Shown one piece after another: positions 13,235 to 24,753 of a stretch of 64,000 bases of DNA. Location of the stretch: assembly GCF_018977255.1 (NCBI RefSeq), contig NW_024704749.1, forward strand, positions 9,734,001 through 9,798,000, read 5' to 3'. The notes beneath the pieces were generated by a model, which did not search any database, was not told where the DNA came from, and saw only the letters and a program-made list of their open reading frames with translations. Within the stretch, counting starts at the first letter, position 1. Each line of letters starts with the position of its first letter. The translations under genes were made by a program, and so were the position numbers. The stretch is from Callorhinchus milii. Its lineage: Eukaryota.

Positions 13235-13600
13235 TCCCTCCATTCCTTGGCACCCCCACTATCTCTCTAACCTCCTCTCTTCCCATCGCAGTATCCGTTG
13301 CATCTACTCTGCTAGGTCCGTCGTCCTCCGTGTCCCCCGAATCCTCTTCTCTTCCATCGGCGGCTGTGTCTTCAGTCATTACTCCCCAAAACTTTGGAAC
13401 TCCCTCCCTCAACCCCTTCGCCTCGCCCCCTCCTTCGCCAACTTCAGGTAGCGCCTGAACACCTTCCTCTTCGACTGCGCCTACAGTCACTTCCCCCCAC
13501 CCCCCACCACCACCACCGGCTTGGCATCAGGCTCCGCCATTGTGAAGTGCTCTGAGACATTGCTAGGCATGGAGGGTGCTATATAAGTACAAGTTGTTGT
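13235..13600 (+). mobile_element. L2-type LINE 3' fragment
   Basis: Translates to PHYLSNLL...LRVPR...GGCVFSHYSPKLWNSLPQPLRLAPSFANF, the typical L2 C-terminus, followed by a GCTATATAA...(GTT)n tail. Confidence 0.75.
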
Positions 13601-14049
13601 TGTTGAAAATGTCCCAAAGCACTTCACAGAATCTACTGTAAGGTGTATTGACATTTTGTGGGAGAAACGTTTGCAATACATAAAAGCAACCACACCGCCA
13701 CAAGTATGGATTGAAACTCTGTGCACTCTGCAATCTGCTACTGTACATTACATAAACATCCAGCAGAAGGAGCCAATTCTGGAGTAAAACCTGTTCAGTG
13801 GGATAGATTATAGTTAAGAAAGAATCAGGAAGTGAGGGAAAAATTGATAAGCGGGGAGATCTATATGAAAGGTGTGGCCTGTCTTCCTTGTCATTTAAAG
13901 AAAATTTCTTGCACACGCTAGTCTACACTGGATCTCCACATTCACTTGTACTTCATCAGTGGTGAGAAAGTGGAGCTGGAAGGGATGCTAAAAATTGGCT
14001 GGAAATCTGTGCTAAAGTTGGTTGGGAGAGAGTGAGTGTGAACAGGCCA

Positions 14050-14760
14050 AAAACTGTTTGTGGTTGTGATTGATCACTTCCCATTGCCTGAAAACCACCT
14101 GGTGTGGCTGATGAAATGGATTCTGTGCTGAGTTTAAACCTCAGGAGAGGTTTGATACTGAGCAGCTACTCTGAGTCTCTGCTGGCAAATTCCTGGAGGA
14201 CGGAAGCGAGGGATCCAACCCCAGTCTCCCAAGTGTTTACCGGGAACGGCTCTGCCTTTTTCCTGCGGGAAAACTATCTGCAGAAAATACAGAAAATATT
14301 GTTTTTCAACCTATGTTTCCATGTTGTTTCAGCCTCGACACAGAATGAGTTTCAGGTCAATGAGTGTCGTCGATTCGTTGGACGCACTGACTTTAGAAGA
14401 ACACTCAGCTAAAGCGAGTCAGCGTTGTAAGTAAATAAATCCATTTCTTCTAATTTCATCTCTCCAGAACAGGGAAAGGTTTGCTGTGTGACTCCTGTCA
14501 TTGCATTCCCCCAGGACAGAGCGAACCAAAGCAGTGATTTGGTTTGGTCTGCCAGAGCGACATATACCACTTATGTAATTCCAGAGTGTATTAAACGCAG
14601 GGTGGCAAGAGCCAAGGCCAGTGTCACCAGAGTGTGGGTTGGGGGCACTGCCAATCGAAACCGCAGAACTTGCATTGGAAGTACTATCTGGCGTGCTTCC
14701 TACTGCTTGTCCTGCTAAGGCCACCATTACTCCCAGGTGGTTTCACTTCCAACTGGGTTC
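14050..14760. promoter_or_regulatory. Putative immune-type promoter/enhancer of the FIIND-CARD gene
   Basis: TGTGGT (RUNX) next to CACTTCC (Ets/PU.1) at about 14058-14080. GGCAAATTCC (NF-kB-like) at about 14183. Perfect Ets-IRF composite GGAAGTGAAACC on the minus strand at 14739-14750. These are short motifs, so chance matches are possible. Confidence 0.35.
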
Positions 14761-17700
14761 TGAGTCTGCTGATAATCGAGATTGAACTGACCGGTGATGA
14801 TTTTCTTTGCGATTCGGAATCTTTCTCTTTCTTTCCACTTAAAACCTCAGTTAACTGACTCAAAAGAGAAATTCAGTCTTAATTTAGAAGCTGGATTTCT
14901 GCAGGGATGGTTGAAGGAGACCTTCATAATTCTGAAGGGAATAGGAAGAATCTATATCCACTGGTCAGCAAGTCAATGGGTTGAGCCCATTGATTTAAGA
15001 TAATTAAGAAATAAGCCGTAGCTTTTTTTACACAAGGGATGAATAGTATGTGGAGATCCCATGGCATGGTGATTAAAATAGGATCCATGTAAGCTTTCCA
15101 AGAGGGAACTAGATGGAGATCTAAATAGGAAGGTTTTGCAGGGCTTTGGGGAACAGCAGGCAAATGGGACTGGATGGATTTGTCTTTAAATTTTTTGAAG
15201 CTCGTCAGACAGACACAAAGTACGCCTCCTGCGGTCATGTTGGCTAGCAAGTTACAAAATTGTTTTCATACAGGTAACCTTCCATTTGCAATATTTATTG
15301 AAGACATGCTATCAAGCACATTGGCAATCACACACAAACTAATGTTTTTGCTAATATTTGCCTTGAGGACTTCATCAGCCACTCCATTCAGGCTGAACAA
15401 TTGATTGAGAATGAAAGAAGTTACTAATTCAATAGTCTGCCTGTTTGAAATAATTTACCCACAAGATAATAATAATTTAGGTGTTGTATAGTTGATGAGA
15501 GTTAAGAATCTGTGAATTGACCCTACCTAATCTGCTGTGTTTTGTTTTTCAGTCGTTGACGATGATGTCATATACTTAGGTAATAATAATAATCCTTGCA
15601 TTTGATAGAATGTCATATCAGCAGAATGTCTCAAGGCTCTTGACAGGATGTACTGGACAGTGTGGTTTCTTGGTAACGTGTGTGTTACATTTTATATTGG
15701 AAGTAAATTGAGAATCCTATTGTGACTCAAGCACCTCTTTATATAAAAAAAGGATTTCAAATCTTTTACCTGGTTCGATTCCCAAATGCAAATAAAGCTT
15801 CTTGAGATGCTCTCCACTGTTGCACGAGATCAGGTGCAACTGAGATGCAACCATTGCCCTATAATGGTGGTCTCTCTCTTGAAAGCTGATGTATATTGTG
15901 AAGGCTTTTGCATCACAGCGTGGGATGTAAATCTCCAGAAATCCTATATACATCTCAGTAAATAAGCAAACTTAAGCAAACTGTGTGTAAAGATCAACAA
16001 TTTGTTATTGTATGAGGAACATCATTAAAATTATTGACTTCTGAAAAATCTCTCAGAGCAAGGAAGTTTGAGGTAATTGAAGAGTGTAGTGACTGGATAT
16101 TTCAATTCCACTGCAGGAATGTACGATACAATCAATTTACATTTATGTAGACCTACCACATCAGGAGGATGGCTCAGAGAGTACAGTTATGAATGTAGAA
16201 CCTTGTGTTGTGCTGCTTCTTTGGAAGTGTGGTTGAGACAGTTGACATATCTCCATTAGCTTTAAACTACTTTTTATGGTAGGTCTTTTTCTGTTGCGGT
16301 GAGTTAGTCAAACATATAGCACTTCAGAGTAAAGATTATTGATTGAAGCTACTGATGTAACATTTTTTACTTGTTTATTTGAGGATTACCATTAAGATTA
16401 TATATGTCTGAAACATGTATTTGCCTCATGTGTAGGAAAATCCAAGTCTGCCAATCGCCATTCCAATACAGGTATTCTTTATTAATTATTTTTCAGCTTG
16501 TGCTCCATATCTGTAGAATCTTGCCATGGTAAATATCTTTACAAATGTTGCTCATGCATTGGATTTAAAATGCTTCTGAGATTACAGTATTTGATGATTT
16601 TTTTACTCATGGGATGAGGACTGTCACCCTGCTTTTCTGTGATAATAATCCTTGCATTTCATACAGCATCTTTTCATTTCCTCGAGACATCTCAAAGCGC
16701 TCCACAGAATATACTGTAAAGATATACTCTAATCACTGGGGAAAGAAGGGGTTTTCTGTGAGGAAACTGCACCCATGTTGCTCAGAATCTGTCCAATCAG
16801 TAGCCAAGGGAATCTCTGATTATCCATCTCTGTCGAGGTTGATGCTCCAGTGCAGTGCTGTTAAGAGGCTTCAGTCAAGAAAACTTGTCCGCTGATGAGA
16901 GCACTATTGTTTGTCTAACTAGGATTATCCTACCCTTTAGGGCTTCAGCTTGCGGGGTAGCAGGAGTGGAGTGGGAAGAATCCCTGCTCCCCGTCTGCCC
17001 CTCCCTCAGTCCTGCTGACAAGCCAGGCTGGACTTTCACCAGAGGTGCGGTGGATTACTGCTGACACGTCTGACTCAGCAATGTTTCAGTTTCATAGTCC
17101 AATATAATAAAATAATATTACTATTTTTTGTTACAGTGCCTTATCACATTGTCAAAACGCAACACAGAATGTATTGCAAAGTGTAATGATTGTGTGTTTT
17201 TAGGCAAACGTGGCAACCAATGTGCTCGCAGCAATGTCCCACAAACAGCCATGACGTGAATGACCAGTTTTTATTTGGGGGTTTGTTGAGCAGGACACTG
17301 GGAGAAATTCCCTTCTCGATTCGAATGGTGCAGGATTTTTAACGTCCATTTGACATTAGCAACGCAATGTCCTGGAGTACTGCAGCCCCGCTGGCTCTGG
17401 AATTTGGCAAGATGTCAAACAACAATCATATGAAGCCTATTAATATCCATTTCATCCACCAAGTATGAAGGAGTTGGGTTGACATTGGGCAGGACATTGT
17501 GTACAGCATCGACATCCCCTTGCACATTTTTCTTGTAGTAATTTGTATTTGTACTTGTACATCTGTACAAGATGATCAGAATTAATCCCCCGCCCCCCCC
17601 CCCCCAGCGCCTCATGCTATCACTACTGTGAGAACATGAAAGTTTTTGTTACTTTCTGTGCACATTGTTGGACACTAAAGTTAGTTTATTTTGATTCATA

Positions 17701-20700
17701 TTATTCTACTTTCTAAAGCCGGACGGGAGAGAAGACCAGTCAAGGAATTTGAGGAATACAAAAGAATTTCTTGTGAGCTTTGTGGGGAAGAGGTAAGTGC
17801 ATAAACAGCAAAGTCTTTTACTGTTTCCAGTTAACTGTGGTGGTGTTTCACGTCTCTCCATGTTACCTTCAAGGATTCATCAAAATGGATTATGGTGGAA
17901 CCCAAAGTTCATTCAGAAAATGAGATGATGTTCAGGTAAAATAAAGCAAAATCTAACACTGAATGATTAAGTTCTGACCTCTTCTCTCTCGGTTATATCT
18001 AATAATAATAATGCTTGCATTTGATAGTGTTCCTTATGGCGTTCAGACCTCGCAAAGCACTTCACAGAATATTCTGTAAAGTGAATTAATTGTGATGGAT
18101 GCTGACATCATTTTTGTGCATTATCAATCAGGCTCACTCCAAAGTCTCCCACAAAGAATAGACAGGATTGAGAATGTGTCTCTTTCAGAAAACAGAATAA
18201 CTTTTGTTAGTCTTTGAAGCAATGCAGGACTTGGCCAAAAAAAGGTAATTTGCGATTTGAGGCATGAGATAACAGAGCACAGTTGAACGCTGAGAAAGCA
18301 AGTGCCATACTGAAGGTCCCACAATATGCTCATCCTAGATAAAATTTGATCTGATTTAAGACTGTCCCCTCACAATGTGTTCGGCAGTGCCAAAGCTGTA
18401 TAGCTTTGTACAGTTCCGTTCCAATAGCAAATGGCCATTTTCCTTGCATACCTGATTTAACCTTGCCAGCCAACGGTTCAATCTGTGTCACTGTAAAACA
18501 GTGGCCATATACATAGGGGGCCAAGACCATTGTTTTTCACAGCTGCGTACAACATCTCCGCAAGCAGCAGTTTTCGACTTGGGTAAGAGAAATACATAAC
18601 CCCCTCTGAAAGGAAGCAGAGAAAAGTTATCGGTGGTCAAAATGGCAGGCAGTCTTAAGTGGAGTGTATGGGGTCTGTACAGACCCTCCTCCTTTTTGTT
18701 GTATATTTTAATGACCCGCAAGCTAAAGCTCTTCCTGCTGTCCTCTCTCAGCTTACTCCCTCTCTAATTTCTGCATGTAAAACATTTACAGTTTTCTATC
18801 TATCGTTGACAATTGGTTTCTTTTTTCCTGATCATTTGACATTTTCACATTTGCCTCTGATTTTCCTGGTTTAATTTGCTGACATTTTCTGCTATTCCTA
18901 AGGTATGTATAGTTGCTTGCTTATCCTGTTTTGGATGGACGAAGACTGATTTATGCTGCTGAAGTAGTCTGTTTGTGGTGGGTGGCTAACAAAGCTCATG
19001 AGTCTGTCTCCTTCCCCACGAAGAAGCAAATTAGTCTAGATTGAGAACTTGTGTCTTTCAGAATACAAAATAATTTGTTAGTCATTTGTAGCAATGCATA
19101 AATTGGCAGATAAATATTAATAGTGCAATATATTAGAATTGACAATTCACACCCTTTTTAATCATTTTTGTTTAGTGTTTCTCTTCCAGGTACAGGCGAT
19201 TATGAATGTTCTAAGACTGGACTGAGATGGGAAACCAATACAAAAACTATCATTTCCTACAGATATGGCTCATGGAAGAAAGATGTTTCTATGATGAATA
19301 GCGATCTGCAAATCTGTGGACCATTGTTTGATTTCCACGTAAAAGGACAGGTCACAGCTATTCACCTGCCTCATTTTTTATGCTTGAAAGGTACATTATT
19401 TTCATTATTTCCTCTTAATTCAAACTTTTCATTCGCAATCAAGTGTTTTGATTTTTAGTTCAAGCTGATAATTACCCACTAAAGGGTGAATCCAATCATT
19501 GGGATAAACGCAAGTCCCAATCCATGTTCCACTTGACAGCTGCAGCTGCCCTGTGCAACTGTTGGGACAGCTTTTGGCAGGAGCTCAAAATATGGAACAA
19601 CAACTGGAGTGGGACAGAGACTAATTGCAGAGGTGATAGGAGCAGTAGCTATTGTGCATGGCATACATTGCAACAGCTTCAATAGGTAACATGGCGCAAC
19701 TTCACTGTGGAACTGGGTTGTCCTGACTCATACTGGCAATGTTGAATATTCATTCTCATTGTATATGCACAGCCTGTTTACAGATTCCTTACTAGAGATA
19801 TAATAATAATCTTTGTATTTGATAAGTGTTGTTTGCCATTGTAATGTCTCAAGAACAAATGGAGTTTACATAGCGTGCATATATGTGTCTCGGAGAGCTT
19901 TATTGGGAGAAACTCCCTCATTTTTTAATAATACCATGGGATAAGATTAACCACTACCTAATCAGGCAAATGGGTCCTCAGTTTAATGCCTGATCTGAAG
20001 GAAGGCACCACTAACAATACAGCATTCAGAGGGTTGCCAATTCAAGCCACAAGTCAGGGACTTTGAGCTCACACCATAGGCTAATACTCCAGTGCAATGC
20101 TGGGGATGCACTGCATTGTCAGAGGTGCCACCTTTGAAGAAGGCATCAAACTGAGGTCCCACCTGTTCGTGTGGACGTTAAAGATCTCCTGACGTTATTC
20201 AAAAAGAGGTGTCCTCTCCAGCAATGTCCCAGATAAAATTGGTCATTACTAACATGGCTATAGGAAATTGCTGTACCACGTTTGCCTACTAATATACAGT
20301 CACTACATTTTAAAAGTTAAATCTTGTGAAGAACTTTGAGAGTGTGACGACATGATGTGATGCATTGTATGAAATGCAAGAATTATCATTTCTGAGAATA
20401 TTCTTCACTGAAGTATGGAAAACCACATTTTGTTGTGTAGGTTGCACACCTAAGGATGAATTGAAAATTATTCATGTGAAAGATGGGAACTATTCACTCA
20501 TGAACCCATCAGCAATCAATGGCAGCCATGTGGAACTGAAGGCACCAAGTTTTTCTCTGCTGAGTGTTGTTATTTCGAAGGTTTCCTCGCGGCTGTTCCC
20601 TGTTCACACTCTGGCAATGATTTATCGGACACGGATGGTTGGAGAATTAACCCTCCACGTCTACTTTGTACCGAATGAATGCTCAATAATAAAGGTAATT

Positions 20701-23582
20701 TCTCTCTACTGCTGAAACTCATCAAATCATTCAAGGTTAAAATGAATCTTGAGGATACTAACCACTGAGTCTCTTTGCAGGCAGTTAACGAGCAAGAATC
20801 AGGTGCTATGAAAATTGAGAAACCTCCTCAGATAAAATCACTCAGTTATGGCAAAACCTATTTCTTGACCAGCCCTGCCAACGTCAATATTCTTCCACCA
20901 GTAAGTGCTGCTACAGTGTGCGTGGATGGCTTATTTCAGAAACATCTATTGGTGTGAGGGACAGATTTGACCTGAAAAGAGAAATTGCATGAAAGGACAC
21001 TGATCTCAACCATATTGATTCTGTGACGGGCAGACTATATTCTGGAAGAATGAAATCAAAATTAGAAGGGCATTCTTCATCCAAACTAATCTTGTGAGAT
21101 CATCAATTTTAGTGGAATCAGCATGTTTGGCAATAGTGCCTATTTAATATTAGTATAATGTTGTTGATGAAGGTGAAACAGTAGGGGCCCCACATAGAAT
21201 CCAGGGAAACCTTTCAGAGCTACCCATTTCTTAGATGCAAGTTTCAGAGAAAGGGCAGCTTGGCCAGAGCTTTTGTACAGCCTCAGCCACTGCCCCACCC
21301 TCTGACCTGGCTATACCCTGATTGACTAGCAGCTGCCTGAAGTGATTCCACCCCTTCAGGGTTCTGTAGACACATGGTCGACTGAGCAGGGATTCTGAGA
21401 TAACCACCATCTTAGGCTTTCTCTTTATCAACCACTTCAGCGCTCCAAGACACTATTCCGCATGAAGGGTGCTATATAAATGCAGGACCTTGTCATTATA
21501 ACCAGTTGCCGATAGTTTGGCAGAAATGGCTGGGTTGAAAACCATCTTGTACCCAGGAAAATCTCCTGTCTGGATGCACCCAGGAGAATATTGCACAATT
21601 AAAGTCTTTTTTTGTACTTTTGTTGCAGGCTATCAACTTCTGTTACTTGAGGTCTGATCAACGCCAACAGTACTGTGAAGTACATAGCCAAGATGAGAAT
21701 GCCAGCATCGAGTTAAAACTACGGCCGGAAAAAAAGAGCGATCCTCTCTGGGTGACCTTGCTGAGGCCAAGTAAGCATTGAAATGATCCATCCATAGTGT
21801 AGCAGTTTAACATACCAATGTCCTATGGCAGGGGACTAGAAAATACTGTTATGGTCCATTTGGCTGACCCCAAAGTAATTTAATCCATGATTATGTTATT
21901 ATTTTAAATATACTTTGATGTTGTGATGGGGAGATGACAGGGGTGGATATTCTCGAAAGTTGAAATCAAATGGGCTGAAGGGCCTTCTTAATCTGAACCA
22001 ATCTTGATTTCAATCAAATTAGAATAAATTCTCAGAGAAACCTTTCTAATTGCCATGAACTACAATATATTTTTGTTTCCTTAGTGGAGCTTCAAGTTCC
22101 TCCCAAAGTACCTTTGACTGCAAACCTTGGTAAGTCTTGGAGATTTTCTGCAGGGTAATTGTTAAAGTCATCTTATTCTAGTCAAAAGCCCTGGTGTTGG
22201 GATGAGTGTTTTGACAACTGCAATGTCTGATTTGCTCAGAAATGGTTGACTTTTCAGACCTAACAATACTTGCTTTTAAATAGACATGAACAATCCCATG
22301 ACACATTTGAAAAGAGATTTCTACTGGTGTCTTGGTCCATGATCTTTCAGATAAATTGGTCATTCACTTTGATGTGAAGTGCTATACAAATGTAGTTTGT
22401 TGTTGTGCCAAATTGGGATGCAGCTCAGCTTTTATTTTGGACTCACAGTTCCAAGGAATATGGTAAACATTCCTTGTTCTGTAACAGAATTGCCATAAAC
22501 ACCAGTGGTTTCCAATCTGATTTGTTTAGATCTTTGAAGTAGATTATAGTGCTAGTGATATAAAAGCAGTGGAAATTGCCTCCAGAGGCTTGGGTTAATT
22601 TTACACACTCACACCAATGTTACGTGGCTCACTCTATAGCATGGGAATAAGTTTAAAATGCAGGAATTTAGGATTTAACAAAAGTATAGCAGGAACAGAA
22701 TGGTAACTTTATATCTCTGTTGGGAAATTTCACTGTTGTTATTAAGGAAAGTGGATTGCAATCCTAATTCCACTTGTTGCTGTTGCAGACCCCCTCTTAC
22801 TAATGTTTTAATTCTCAGGGCTCATCTTGGAGGCAGTGTAAGGTATCATTGGGGTATGAAATCTTAAGTGTTTTGTAGTCACTTATCTCCGAGGTGTTCC
22901 TCTACTGCAGTGGTGGCCAACCAATAAAATACAATTTTCTTGATTGAATGTTTCTTGATTTATGGCATAAAACGAAAAATATTCAATCAAGAAAAAAAAT
23001 GGAAATAAAATATAGCCTCGGCTAATGTGAATGTTGAGCGGGCCACTTCTTGACACCCCCCACGGACCATTTTGGGGTTGGCCACCACTGCTCTATTGTG
23101 TGGTGAGAACCAGAACTAGATGTACAGTACTCCTAATATTGTGCTGAGTCAAAAAGCAATCTTGTATCTCATCTACTGTGCAGATTCAGAGAATACTGTC
23201 AAAGACTTTTGTTTAAAAAGATGTTGTTTTACCTTTTAATTCTAAGCAAATTTGCACAAAAGACATTTTTTTAAATTGTCACAATATCTATACTCCTGGC
23301 TGTGTCTGATACAGAACTGTTTCTACAGCTGTGGAGTTCATTAATCGGCACAAAAAAAGTATCATTGAGAGACTTGGAGTAATTGACCCTTACCTTAGAC
23401 ACTTGCTCGAAGAAAAAGTGATCAACGAGGATGAAGAAGAGGAAATTCGTATCAATCCAAAACGTACGAGAAGTAATGAAACACTAGTGCGAATGGTAAT
23501 GAAAAAAGGGCCACATGCCCAAGAGCAGCTTTACAGAGCCATGGAGACACATGATCCCTTCCTTGTAAAAGATTTGCAGTAA
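14345..23582 (+). CDS. CARD8-like FIIND (ZU5-UPA)-CARD inflammasome protein, about 434 aa, 12 coding exons (gene A)
   Basis: Exons 14345-14355 and 15209-15273 (both tentative), then 15553-15579, 16436-16471, 17719-17792, 17874-17935, 19176-19390, 20441-20694, 20781-20900, 21629-21770, 22085-22129 and 23329-23582. Phases are consistent throughout. FIIND signatures: GDYECSKTGLRW, GPLFD, IHLPHFLC, IIHVK, HVELKAPSF|SLL, LHVYFVPN, KPP, LWVTLLRP. C-terminal CARD: EFINRHKKSII...DPFLVKDLQ*. Confidence 0.88.
17120..17350 (-). mobile_element. SINE (DeuSINE-like) fragment
   Basis: Contains GCAATGTCCCACAAACAGCC and GGATTTTTAACGTCCA, both shared with other copies. Confidence 0.65.
20045..20390 (+). mobile_element. 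Near full-length diverged SINE
   Basis: TTCAAGCC...CAGTGCAATGCTGGGGATGCACTGCATTGTCAGAGGTGCC...GGACGTTAAAGATC...AAATGCAAGAATTAT. Homologous to copies at about 27915-28270, 30520-30730 and 58600-58900 (-). Confidence 0.7.
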
Positions 23583-24753
23583 AAATTGACAAGCAACAGA
23601 CAAGGTGAGTTCCTGTTGACAAAGGTGTTGCAATTTTGTAAATTCCTCTGGTTTGAGCTTTAATAACCTGCTTAAGTATAGCTGAGTGCAAAGCAAGGTG
23701 TCAGGGGCCTTGGGACATTCTCCCAATGTGAATGATGCTATATAAATGTAAATCTGTATTGTAAAGAGGGCTACCACTTTCAACCTCACCCAGCCTTCCT
23801 GCTCTTGAGCCCATACAGTATGTGCTGATTTCCTATAGATACAAACAAGCCCAGAGTAGCCTGGAACAAACAGGCTTTCATTTCACTGTTTCAGGACAAA
23901 GGATTGTATACAATAGTTTTACTCAAGACAAAATATACACAACAAAATGGTAAGAAATAAGTAAACAAAATAAAAGAGAATATAGGGCAGATACAAGCCA
24001 GTATATGTTTTTCTCTACATTACACTGACACAGAGGCAAAATCAATATCACTGACCCTAACAAAACTTTCAATGTTTTACTTCACTTTTTAATTTGGCCG
24101 CCAACAATTTAAACTCTTTGAATTGTGCATGGACAGTGCAAATAAACTCTGTGACTTTCCCTTACTTAAGGCTGAATCTGTCTGTTCCGCATTTCTCCTA
24201 CTGCATTGTTTCCCTAAATTCCTCCTGTCTTCTGAGTCACTTTTGTAAAACAATTCATTTCACCCTATTTTTCTTGATTAAGTGTTGTCATTTCTTAAGA
24301 ATTTATTTTAAAAAATAGATCTTAAAGTTGGTTTGATATCCACAAAAAAAAATTTAGATCACAAGAAATTCCAAATCGGAAAAGTCTTTTAAAGTGTTTC
24401 TTGTGGCAGATTTTGTGGTGGTAAGGAGTTGTATAGACCTTCTTTAATGACTGAGTCATAGAAACTGAATATTCAAAACTAGGCAATTGCAGCAATTTTT
24501 TGCTATGCAAATATCCATGGAAAAATGCTAATAGCTATTAAAAAATGTTCACTATTGACAGCTTTAAAAATGCTCCATAGTATTATTTGCTTAACATGTG
24601 CAATATTAAATGCAAATTATTTCTTATTTCAGGAACAGAAAATTGAGGATCTAATAAGATTGTTTTCTGCTGAAGAGTGATTTGTTTCTCTGGTGAATAA
24701 AACTGTTTTGATGATTCTAATATGTTGTATTTTAGTGCAGCAGAAACCAACAT

